A DNA stretch of 51,632 nucleotides, from assembly GCA_027923505.1 (NCBI GenBank), contig BROI01000027.1, positions 372,001 to 423,632 of the forward strand. The letters are read 5' to 3'. A program made the position numbers and the translations under genes. The DNA is from Mayamaea pseudoterrestris. Lineage: Eukaryota. A model generated the notes under the pieces. The model was not told the DNA's origin. It was given only the letters and a program-made list of their open reading frames with translations, and searched no databases. Below are positions 12,564 through 24,186 of the stretch, piece after piece (position 1 is the stretch's first letter; the number at the start of each line of letters is the position of its first letter).

Positions 12564-12821
12564 AGCAACAGGTTTGACAGTTGGTATGGTGGCCGAGTAA
12601 TTATATATTCATGCATGCAAAGCACTGGCGCATCTGCAGCCAATGATGATAGTAATATTTCAATAAAAAGAAGATAGTCGTTGTCAACAAAAAGCTGCTA
12701 ATGTCTCATTAGTTTGTAGTGGCCCACCATGCTGCTAATTGGGGTTTTCCTTGAACGTGTGAATTAGCGAACGCACAGCTTTGTTTTTGAACGGGCGCGA
12801 CCACCGGTGTCAAGGATGACC

Positions 12822-13330
12822 GTTTTCGTTGATTTAAAGCACTAGATCTACTAAGTAAGTCAAGCGGGTTCTAATGGTGCGATTAGTTTTGCCCTCGAAT
12901 GAGTATTGGTCCTGTCGTGGCCCCTTTTGTGTTGAGTTCCATCCAATCGACCCACCACCCCCCACCCCGCATCACAAATCATCACGTTTTCATTGATTTA
13001 AAGTACTATATCTACTAAGTAAGTCAAGCGGGTTCTAACGGTGTAATCAGTTTTGTCATCGGAGCCGTATTGGTCCCGTCGTGGCCCCTTTTGTGTTGAG
13101 TTCCATCCAATCGACCCACCACCCACCACCCCGCATCACAAATCATCACTTTTGCCTTTTAAAGCTTATAATAGACCGTTTTCAGTGATTTAAAGCACTA
13201 TATCTACTAAGTAAGTCAAGCGGGTTCTAACGGTTTAATCAGTTTTGTCATCGGAGCCGTATTGGTCCGGTCGTGGCCCCTTTTGTGTTGAGTTCCATCC
13301 AGGCCTCGGACTGCTCGTTCCATTCCGTTG
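12822..13330. repeat. Diverged R1 repeats, about 3 units, interleaved with a 40-bp CCACCACCC-rich module
   Basis: ATCTACTAAGTAAGTCAAGCGGGTTCTAA core three times. Confidence 0.85.
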
Positions 13331-13579
13331 TTGCTATTGTGCTATAGGTTATTTTTGATGCTGATACCGTGCATACACCTGCTTTAATATGTAATGGAGC
13401 TGATTGCCAAGTTTGGTTGAGTTCTGATGGGTATTTAAAAAGTGCGAGCCCTCCAAGTGTCAATATTTTGTTGGCAGCAACTTGTCGCACCAATCAAAGG
13501 CATTGTTTCAGTATCCAGTCTTTGCAGCATGATCATTCTCTAACAAATTATTGCTCTAGAATACTTTTACAGACTGTAG

Positions 13580-13925
13580 ACTATAATGTACAATGAAAGG
13601 AAGATTCAGCAACAAGTAATCAGCATTGTTTTGGAAGCACTTGGTCAACACACTCTTGGCATTTGATGGCAAGAAACGCGTCAATTTGAAGTTTCATCTT
13701 CAACAAGCTATCCAGCAAGTCATTCCAACACTCTCACTGAGCCAATCCTACCGCTGGTTCCACCATTTTGCTCAGTATGGCGAAGTTCCAGCCATTACAC
13801 GACGCAGGCACCGGCGTTGCCGCAGACCTGTTCGGAATTGGACAGAAAATGACACCACTTTGCTCCGGGGAATTGTCAATGCAAAGCTTTATTTGTATCT
13901 TGATGTGTGAATACTATTCGTGCCT
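13580..13925 (+). mobile_element. Truncated N-terminal (HTH) part of an IS630/Tc1-like transposase
   Basis: SYRWFHHFAQYGEVP..TRRR...LRGIVNAKLYLYLDV resembles the RW...F...G.V and P.LYLDE motifs; no DDE domain present. Confidence 0.5.
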
Positions 13926-13964
13926 TTTCAAGCAGCAAAAATGCCCAACGGTGTTGTCCGGAGT

Positions 13965-16195
13965 GGGGCTTTGCCCCTTTGGCAAGGGGAAATCGAATCG
14001 CCTGCGACCACCCAACACTTGCTGCAGCCTTTACTATATATGCGGGAAGGGTTCCTGGTGCTAATAGTGGTTTATATGGCTGGCGCAGGCCTTTGGCGCG
14101 AATTTGCCGCAGGTTGAGTGGGAGACTGTGCTTTTGGCAACTGGCTGCAAATGACTTGCCTGCAACTAGGATGGCTCAAACCCAGCAACCAACACTTGCT
14201 GCAGCCTTTACTATATATGCGAGAAAAGTTCATGGTGCTAATAGTGGTTTATAAGGTTGGCGCGGGCTTCGACTCGGATTTACTGCAGCAAGGAGAGAGG
14301 CTCTGCCACATTGGCAAGGGGAAATGTGACTGACCTGCGACCAGGATGGCTCCAAACTTGCAACCAGCACTTGTTGCAGCCAAGGGTTCCTGTCACTTAT
14401 AGTGGTTTATAATGTTGGCGCGGGCTTCGACTCGGATTTACTGCAGGTTGAGTGGGAGACTGTGCTTTTGGCAACTGGCTGCAAACGAGTCGCCTGCGAC
14501 TAGGATGGCTCCAAACTTGCAACCAGCACTTGTTGCAGCATTACTATATATGCGGAAAGGGTTCCTGTCACTTATAGTGGTGTATAATGTTGGCGCGGGC
14601 TTTGGCGAATTTGCCGCAGGTTGAATGGGAGACTGTGCTCTTGGCACCTGCCTGCAAACGAGTCGCCTGCTACATGAGCTAGCAACTACATTACACCAAA
14701 ATATTGTAATTGCAACTAATAAACAGCTAGTACTTTTATGTCTCCTCTGGCACAATCCATTCTCGGTAACTCCCACCTGCTCCCCAAGCAATGATGGTAG
14801 CATTGTCATCAAAGTAATGGACCAATCCAGTGTCCGGGTCCACAGCCACAGTTACAGCAGTATTATGTGCAATCTCTGCACCATAAAATTGCTGTGTCCA
14901 ACCTTCCTTGAAACGAACAGCAATACCAATGCCATCATACAAAAAGTACTGGTATATAATCCAGGATGCAGGAAACGCACCAGAAACAGTGTAAGCACAA
15001 TGTGTTGGAACTGAGAAGGTTTGTTCACCTTTCTTGTTCACCACTGTAAACATCTCTCGCATCTCCATCAGATACAAGTATATGTCATGCTTTGATGGAT
15101 CGCGTTGCCACTCTTCAAGTACCTCGTTCCTGTCACTTATAGTGGTTTATAATGTTGGCGCGGGCTTCAACTCGGATTTACTGCAGGTTGAGTGGGAGAC
15201 TGTGCTTTTGGCAACTGGCTGCAAACGAGTCGCCTGCGACTAGGATGGCTCCAAACTTGCAACCAGCACTTGTTGCAGCATTACTATATTTGCGGAAAGG
15301 GTTCCTGTCACTTATAGTGGTTGATAATGTTGGCGCGGGCTTTGGCGAATTTGCCGCAGGTTGAATGGGAGACTGTGCTCTTGGCAACTGCCTGCAAACG
15401 AGTCGCCTGCTACATGAGCTAGCAACTACATTACACCAAAATATTGTAATTGCAACTAATAAACAGCTATTACTTTTATGTCTCCTCGACTCAGATTTAC
15501 TGCAGCAAGGAGAGAGGCTCTGCCACATTGGCAATGGGAAATGCAAGTGACCTGCGACCAGGAGGGCTCAAACCCAGCAACCAACACTTGCTGCAGCCTG
15601 TACTATATATGCGGGAAGGGTTCTTGGTATTTATAGTGGTTTATATGGCTGGCGCGGTCCTCGACTTGAATTTCAGCGGGCAAGTCAATATTGGGCGCTT
15701 TCTTGTCGACAATATTGACAAGCGGCGGCCATCCACCATCAACTGCTTTGATCTGAGCATAAAGATTGTCAGCGTGTTCAATTAGCTGGGAGATATGAAC
15801 GTTTAACTGAACATGCGAGAGCATCAAGTTGGTATTAACGCTGACGTGCGTCTTGTTGCCTCTCGAGAGAGAGTACGTGACGGAATCACCACCAGTCGTT
15901 TCAAAAGTGTGAAGGATGAGCTCGCCCCACGTGAACATTGGCATAGCCTTTACTATATATGCGGGAAGCGTTCCTGGTGTTAATAGTGGTTTATAAGGTT
16001 GGCGCGGGCTTCGACTCAGATTTACTGCAGCAAGGAGAGAGGCTCTGCCACATTGGCAATGGGAAATGCGACTGACCTGCGACCAGGAGGGCTCAAACCC
16101 AGCAACCAACACTTGCTGCAGCCTTTACTATATATGCGGGAAGGGTTCTTGGTAGTTATAGTGGTTTATATGGCTGGCGCGGTCTTTGACTCGAC
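13965..16195. repeat. Expanded R2 array interleaved with duplicated gene fragments
   Basis: About 9 R2 cores, with inserts at ~14673-15125, ~15410-15485 and ~15670-15940. Confidence 0.85.
14736..15125 (-). pseudogene. Partial copy of the TET-like C-terminus (lacks the HxD motif)
   Basis: 113-aa ORF nearly identical to the end of 4259..4972; breaks into R2 at ~15126. Confidence 0.8.
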
Positions 16196-16202
16196 TTTCA
16201 TC

Positions 16203-16788
16203 TCAAGTGGGCAAGTCGATATCGGGCACTTTCTTGTCGACAATATTGACAAGCGGCGGCCATCCACCATCAACTGCTTTGATCTGAGCATAAAGATTGT
16301 CAGCGCGTTCAATGAGCTGGGAGATATGAACTTTTAACTGAACATGCAAGAGCGTCAAAGTTGGTATTAACGCTGACGTGCATCTTGTTGCCTCTCGAGA
16401 GCGAGTATGTGACGGAATCACCACCAGTCGTTTCAAAAGTGTGAAGGATGAGCTCGCCCCACGTGAACATCAGCATGGCCTCCTCTAACTTGCCAATTAA
16501 AGGCTTGAAAGCAATGCGAATGGCGTAGTCCTGAGCAGCTCGCTTCATGGTGAGGTTGCGGTGACAAGCTGGCGTCTTGGGGATGAGCTTGGCGAGTGGA
16601 TTGTCCTCAAGCACTTGAGGGAGTGTGTAGTCAGGGTTTGGCTTGCCTCCGCAGAGGGCAATCTTGCGCTCGGAGTCGAGGTAACCACCAATGAGGGAAA
16701 CATTTTCGTTGGCCATTGGAATAGAGGTTTCATCCTTGAGGCTCCTCATTGGGGTCAGGCTCCTGGGTTGGCTTCTCTCAACCCACAT
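16203..16788 (-). pseudogene. Unknown frameshifted ORF X; its distal half is duplicated at ~15670-15940
   Basis: ORFs 16309..16788 and 16203..16436 join in one frame in the duplicate (ORF 15603..16112). Confidence 0.4.
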
Positions 16789-16848
16789 AAGCTAGCAACT
16801 ACATTACAGCAAAATATTATAATTGCAACTAATAAACAGCTAATACTT

Positions 16849-18888
16849 TTATGTCTCCTTTGACATGTTCCATTCTCAGTAACTCACACCTGCTCACCAT
16901 GCAATGATGGTAGCATCGGCATCAAGAAAATGGACCAATCCAGTGACCTGGTCCACAGCCACAGTTACAGCAGTATTATGTGCAATCTCTGCACCATAAA
17001 ATTGCTGTGTCCAACCTTCCTTGAAACGAACAGCAATACCAATGCCATCATACAAAAAGTACTGGTATATAATCCAGGATGCAGGAAAGGCACCAGAAAC
17101 AGCATAAGCACAATGTGTTGGAACTGAGAAGTTTTGTTTAACTGTCCCATTCTTGTTCAACACTGTAAACATCTCTCGCATCTTTAACAGATACAAGTAT
17201 ATGTCACGCTTTGATGGATCGCGTCGCCACTCTTCAAGTACCTTGTCAGCTCGGGCTCAAAACACTGGTAGTAATTTGTCATTTTTGTCCTCATGGCTAG
17301 TATTCGCAAAGGACAACCACTCAGTTAGGTAGCCTGTTGTGAGAATCTTGATACTGTTATGGCCAAGTGCTTGAAGTTGCTTGCTGCCCACGAGAACTGC
17401 CTGCAAAAATTCATTGACACCCTCATCCAAAGCAAAAGCAGCTGCAACAGTTACATGTTCCAGCGCATTTACTGCAGCATTGCAAATGGGGACAAAGAAA
17501 TCATGCCACTCTTGTCGGTAGTACTGATGCTCTGTGGCACAGAATTGCAAGGGCTTCCTGCCTGCTATGTTGGTGAAACGCCTACAAAAATATCCATTTT
17601 AGCCAATGATATCAGAGGAATTTTGTCCACCAAATATTGTTGCCCCATATGTAAAGTCAATGAGGCCATAAAGCTGGGGATCTAGTTGAGTGAAAGCATT
17701 CTTGAGACGTCCCCATTCAACCACCTTGACACCATCCGGCGGAATGCTTGTTGGTCTTATATTGTGCTCTTCACAATGTGTGTCAGGCGTTTCATCTAGG
17801 TTGACATCGCCAGCCTCACAAGCCTTGTTGTTGGCAGCTTTATTTTGGTCATTAGCAAGTACAATTTGGACGCCGCCTGGAAACTCTTCTGTAACATCAA
17901 CCATCTGCAACTCAATAATATTATCCTTTGCCAACTTCCTGACCCATTTGTTATGCTTTTCAGTGTTGCGAAGGTCCTGTTTCAACAACTTTAAGTCTGT
18001 TTTCGTCAACAAACCATACTTTCCAGCTTTCCGCTTGCCAAGCAGAGGGACAGCAAAAAGCTTGGCCTCGGTCGTGCGCAATCCACCTTTAATCTTGCAA
18101 CCCTCCCGGCAGCGGGCTTCTTCAACATGCATGCAAACCGTTGTGCACCTTGCATCACAAAACCGCTTAGTATGCTTGCCTGAGCAGTTTCTGCGCTTCT
18201 TTGCTGGCTGTGCCTCTGGCTTGGAATCTTCCGCTGTCGGCACTACGTAGGCCTTTGAATAGTCCGTCTTGACAGGCTCCTTTATATTTTGGGGAATGAC
18301 AGTCATGAATACCTTATCTGGACCATTGGGATCCATTTGAACGCACTTGTCTTGGTGGTCAAGATTCGCAATAATATTGCCAATTTGGAGCGGCGCACAA
18401 GGCAGTCCTGACAGGAGGTTGAGAAACTTGCAGGACGTGTGCTCCAAGTCATGATATGGCACTGTCCTGATGGTGAAGTATTGCTCAAATGCCGTAATTG
18501 GAGCATTGGCTGGAAGGACTGAGAATGGGTAAATGATGCGTCCATCTTGCTCGATGGCTTCACAGTGGCATTCCATGAAGGTGACGCTCAACTCTCACCC
18601 ATTGTAATGCGCGCTCATGAACACGCCAAACAGATAGTCCTCACTGTGCTTGAACTTGACGACACATCCATAGTTGCAACCGTGCTTGTCGGGATTTAAA
18701 TTGGTGTTGGGCACGTAAATGGTGCGCGACTTCATGCCTTCTTCCGTCAAATTCCATCATTATCCTGTCAATCAAATAGTTTCCAATGTGGCTGACCCCA
18801 GTTTTGGCATATACGCGAGCGCGTCTCCCGTTCCAGTGGTTTTGGACCAGTCGCAGAAGAGCGCCTTGTGGGCAGTGCATGGAGGCAT
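16849..18888 (-). pseudogene. TET/JBP-like ORF, copy 3 (more diverged, different premature stops)
   Basis: ORFs 17599..18591, 17257..17550 and 16894..17196 align with copy 1; FANTSHED and AHNT retained. Confidence 0.6.
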
Positions 18889-19180
18889 GGTAATGGTGAG
18901 CAGGAGTATAAGAGTTGTTTCACGTCGTTTTGTGAGGCCGCGAGGTGCGTTGATTGGTGATGTGCGTGCTTACGCATCGGATGGAACGAGTTTGAATGGC
19001 GCTCGTTCATTCCATTTGAGTCGTACTGGTACTCACCGTCTCGGTCGCAACGAAACATCAGCAGGCATGATGACCATGGAGGGAGAAAGGATGTTTATTG
19101 ATTAACGGCACACCGTCAAACTACATTTGTAGCAGAAGCATGACGCAGCAGCATCATCATTCGTTTGATCCTACCTGGCT

Positions 19181-20510
19181 AGAAACCAGAAAAACAAAAA
19201 CAACATCACGACAAATAATTGAACCAACCGAAAACATCAACAAGTGGCACAAATCAGCAAAATTCCTCTGCAAGAGCTCCGTGCAAATCAACCGGTATGT
19301 CTTAAAAGCTCCTGCTTTGTTAGTACGTTGGCGCAATGGCACCGACTGTTCCAGTGCTGCATTTCGCAAACTTTTTCAACAATTGAGTCGCCGCACTCCT
19401 CCAATCTGAGCTCCAGTGTTTAAATAAAAACAATTATGCCTTTTTCATGCGCTGCATGGATCCCTGGGGTGCAATGTAAAGGACTGTGCGCGACATCACA
19501 TTGTGCTCCCAGACCCAACTGGAACTTGGACGCGCGACAAACTTTGCCCGCTTCTTGAATTTTTTTGCCAGCCAGCAGTAGCTGCCATTTTGGAAACATC
19601 AGCTGAGTTTAACGCAGCATCATCTTGACTCCAACAAGGTGAAGCACTTGATCTCGACACATTGTCCGCGATGCCGGCGGGCGCACTGGCAGCACAGGTT
19701 GGGCAACGCTCCAATTATCCCAATTGTGCATTTTTAAATAACAACTATAGAAAAATCACACAAATTAACACTGAACTGGACTGCTGCAACAAGGCTGAGA
19801 TGACACAATCGCTATTGCCGGTGGAGCCAATGGACATTGAACCGGCAAACGTTCTCGTGGAACAGTGGCACCCTGTCCCACCGTCGACTCCAGCCACCGT
19901 ATCCATTTGCGACCAACCCTTGCGCAACATTCTGCCACATATTCCACCCACTGGCGTGTGACCAGTTTGACTCACACAATGCAAACATCGCAAACCAACT
20001 CGTGCCTCCTTTGTGACTCGATACCACTTTCTGGCAACCATCTTGGCCCCAGTTTGGCAATTTTTAATGGACACGGATTCAGGAAACCTACAGTCTGCCT
20101 ATCCTGATTTCTTACACCCAGTCTTTGGTTCAACAACCATCATGCATCCTGATCCTTGCATTTGGCTTAGACAAAAATTTGGTTGGGGCAAAGCGACTCC
20201 TGATATTTCGATGCAACATGCACAGCCATCACATCACATGGCCTTACACCTGGTTTGGCAATGGCTACAGTCTCAGATTGTCAAACAATGGCTGCTGTTG
20301 AGCCTTGTTGGGATAAATACGCACTTCTGCGCCAGCGTGCAGCAACACAGGCCGTCCCACACCTACGCGTTCCTCGCCAATTTCTGGCTGACGACGACTT
20401 GCCTATCAGCATGACTAGAGCAAACGACATGGGCGCAGCCCTTCTGCGCTTTGATTTTAAGTATGGCGACTTACTGCGCTGGCTAGGTGATGAATATGGA
20501 CATTGAGGCT
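19181..20510 (+). mobile_element. Degraded fragment, possibly a tyrosine-recombinase (DIRS/Ngaro-like) retroelement, truncating copy 3 of the zinc-finger ORF
   Basis: Homology with copy 2 stops after SFDPTWL (~19180); Cys/His cluster LCLFHALHGSLGCNVKDCARHH and ALLRFDFKYGDLLRWLGDEY recall such elements. Confidence 0.35.
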
Positions 20511-20554
20511 TACAAAAATGAGGGAGGCAAGCATTGGTTTCCGTCCACGGCTGG

Positions 20555-20850
20555 CAACGGGCCATCAATGCACGCGAGCACATTCCATCCATGAGGCTTA
20601 CCTAAATATGACGCAAGGCTTATTTACTCATGACGCCATTCATGGATGCAGCTGAGCCATCAAAGCCTTCCATCCAGGTGACAAATATTATTTGTGACAA
20701 TACGTCATTGCTGCATATCAGCTTGGGACATGCCATCAAGGCGTTCCATCCAGGAGGCATATGTATTTGTGACGTTATGTCATTGCTGCAGCTTGGATGG
20801 GCCATCAAAGCGTTCCATCCCAGAAGGCCTTTGTATGCCATCAACATGTG
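20555..20850. repeat. Degenerate ~70-85-bp tandem repeat (GCCATCAAAGCGTTCCATCCAGG)
   Basis: Core seen about 4 times. Confidence 0.7.
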
Positions 20851-20999
20851 TAAGAATTTAAACATAAGGCTTATGTATTTGTGATGCAACTTCTTGTTCC
20901 AGCCACGCAAGCAACGCCAAGCAATGACACATATCATACACCGCGGCTTTGACGGGCCTTGTCATTTTCTTGCTCACAATGAATCCATCGCCACAATCA

Positions 21000-21451
21000 G
21001 CACAAGTGCAGATTGCCCTCCGTCGCTCGGCTGTTTCTTTCCGCGGTGCAAGGCTCTGTCCGGTCTAGCTGCCCAACAGGAGGCAGCGATGTCCATGTAG
21101 GTTGCGTATGCTATGTGACCCGGAAATCCGGGTCCCTGAGCAACCACGTCATCGATGATGACTGGCAGCGAGTCCTGTCTTGACAGGAGTCGCCTCAACC
21201 CGGGTGGGTGGGTGGGTGGGACAAACAAACAAACAAGCTGGCTAGACAACAGGGTTGGCAAGCAAGCAAGCAAGAGGAATGAGAGGCATCGGATGGGGAT
21301 CGGCAACTCGGTCTGTGGTTGTCGGTCCTCCATTGATGTCGCATCTGACGTGTCCCGAACCATCGATGATGTGTATCACTCAGAGTGTACTCATAAGGTA
21401 TCTTATGAGTGTCCCCAAGGCAGTCTCCTCGAAGCATCCGCCCTGAGCCGG
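21000..21451. mobile_element. 452-bp non-coding insertion flanked by ATCA direct repeats
   Basis: Absent from the paralogous segment at 1-170; contains hairpins and short microsatellites. Confidence 0.55.
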
Positions 21452-21605
21452 ATCATTGCCACCCCATTCTTAGCATCAACCATGAATATAATCCATTGCC
21501 ATCAATGCCACCCCATTCTTACCATCAACCATGAATATGGATCACAATCCTCCGTTTGATGCAGCAACTGCAGTTGTAGTTCCTTTCTGACAGCAGCTCA
21601 ACAAC

Positions 21606-22336
21606 ATGTCGAGGGAGCTCAACAACATCCTGGTGGAGCACATCATGTGGAATCAGCGATGCAGCAAGCAACAGCACACCTTGGATCAATTGGACTGCAT
21701 TGCTCCCTCTGGTCTGGAGCAAGGAAATTGGTGGTGCTGCCAGGCAAATGAGTCCATGTCACGTGAGCTGTACCTGTATCACACAAATGGCCTCTCTGAC
21801 ATGCGCGAGTTGGATGAGGAGGAGGCTGGTGACAGTGACAATGACAGCAACCTTGAGCTCAATAATGAGCTCCATGACAATAATGTAGAGGAGGAGGATG
21901 GCACCACCAGTCATGTCTCTTTTGACAGTGAGGAGGAGATGGATGAGCACAGCAAATTGATGGATGGTGAAGAGTCGGACAAAGAATACGGATGGCAAGG
22001 AGCTGCATGGCAAAGAGACAGACGGCAAAGAGTTGGACAAAGAGACGGACAAAGAAGAGTCAGACAAAGAGGCGGATGGTGAAGAGTTGGATGAAAGGCG
22101 GATGGCGAGGACCTGCATTGCAACAAGACGGATGGCGAAGAGACAGATGAAGAGTTGGATGATGAGTTGGATGAAGAATTGGACAAAGAGCAGGTGGCGA
22201 GGAGCTGCATGGCAACGAGGTGGATCACAATGAGAATGCAGTTGCAATGGGAAGCATGGCCGCCAAGACGGAAGCAATTGGGACTGTGAATCATCACCCA
22301 ACAAACTGTGGCAGCAGCAAAGGCGGCTACTGTTAG
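21606..22336 (+). pseudogene. Frameshifted, degraded copy of the acidic-repeat ORF
   Basis: MSRELNNILVE...SFDSEEEMDE aligns with 312..1487. Confidence 0.75.
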
Positions 22337-23673
22337 AGCGACAGGTTTGGCAGTTGGGAGTTGATGGCAATGCAATCTACTGTATATACATGCATAACCC
22401 TTACTTAACAGTTTCGCATTCGTGACTGTTCATTGATCACTGTGGATGAATGTGTAGAATTTGTGACCCGACGACAAGAGGCTGGCAATATTTGACCATG
22501 GTGATCAACGTGCGCTGAGGCAAGGCAAGGAACGCAAGGATTGTCTTGTGTGCTCGCAAGCGGGACGGCTATCTTGAGTATGACTACAGGTAGGTTGTCT
22601 GTGCTGGCTGTGAAGCAATGGAGGATTCAGTTCACATGGGGGGCACTACTGATGGGACGCCAAATGTGATGCACAATGACACAACAGTGTGACGGTGCAT
22701 CGCTCACCTTTTGATGGATGGAGAAGAAGAAGATGATACGACAATTAACAATGTAGATGGAGAATAAGAGAGTAGAGCATAGAATATGATAACGTAACCT
22801 TGTTGTGTGTTTAGTTCATTTTCTGTTTGTTTCCCGCAGCTCCATTCGGCTCGTTTGATGGTATGTTGTGCCTGCTGCTGCTTGCTAATGTATTTTTCCA
22901 TTGCCAATCTAATGCCTGCACTTTTTTGTTTGTTTGATTAATACAGATACTTTCTTAGTAATTGGGCACATCAAGACATTCGTCAAGACAGTCGGCTCAT
23001 CAAGTCACACGCCTCCCTTCTGGTTGCTGCATCATGCATGTCGCATGCGATTGCTGCAGATTGCACCAGCATCCTTTGGCTGTTAATATTTAGTATAATA
23101 TAGTCTGTTATGAGGATAAAATACAAGCTTTCCTCTATGAACTATTGACACACGAAACGCCTTGGTTAGTACCGGTGAGACAAAGCTGTTTGACCCATTG
23201 TTCCAATAGCTTTTTATATCAGCGGTGAGTGGAAGTAATCACAGAATGCAACTGGAACTACTAATTTAACTTCTATAGCTGTATCAGAGTCCATACATTC
23301 AGATCATTGGGCAGTACAGGCATCCTCCTGGCCACTTGTCTCTCATGTATCAATCGCTCAGTGGAAACAAACAACTCATTTCATACTCAGACAGGCAGCG
23401 ACTGGAGCTAGATGGCTGTCCAAGTTGTCCTGCTGCTGTTTGTCATCTACTCCTTGCGGTTGCGGCTCCACCTTGACTGACATTGCAGGCAGCACTAGTA
23501 CTATTCACTGACAATGACTGTAATCCTGCATGCGCCACCTCCTGCTCAACCAATTCAATCAAGCTCACTGATGCTGCATCCGAAATTACTGCGGAAGAAT
23601 CAGTACTGCTGCTGCAACGTGTCTTGCATCATGATTAACCTTTTGCTTCCTCCTCATTCTCCTCTGCAGAGCC

Positions 23674-24027
23674 TGTCAGCCAATTACATGATTGAATACT
23701 CGAATGCTCTTGTCGCATGCGACATGAGCTATGCATCAATACCTGGCTCGTGTGTGAATCGCCTGTTAATTAAGGACGATCGCCTGTTGGATCTATTCAA
23801 CGGGAGCACATGGACAGTTACATACAAATTTAGCGGACGCTACAGGATTAGATGACTGTAGCGGGTAACTCACTTTCTATAGTATCACGTTGTTTTACCA
23901 ACGTTGTAGATTGTGCCTCTTGCAATACGAGAGCAGTAAAGGAGAAGTGCACATCTCTGGTCTGCTTAAGGATTGTACAGAGGATTGAAGACCACTGTCA
24001 AGCATCTTGCAAAGAGGCCGTGTGACA
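23674..24027 (+). repeat. Element A 5' LTR
   Basis: TGTCAG...TGTGACA; 5 differences from the 3' LTR by eye. Confidence 0.95.
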
Positions 24028-24186
24028 GATCAACAGTCTTGGTTTTATCCTGCAAAGTGAAGCTTTGGACGCAAGGCATCACCTTCCTTCCCTCAAAACT
24101 TCTTCGCAGTCGACGAGAGCAGCAACTCTCGTGGCAGCATAAAGCAGAAGCACCTTAAAAGTAAAGGGGTCTGCAATCGGATCGAC

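Noticed and set aside
22390..23670. Possible coding or TE remnant
   Set aside because: No sustained ORF or motif I can recognise
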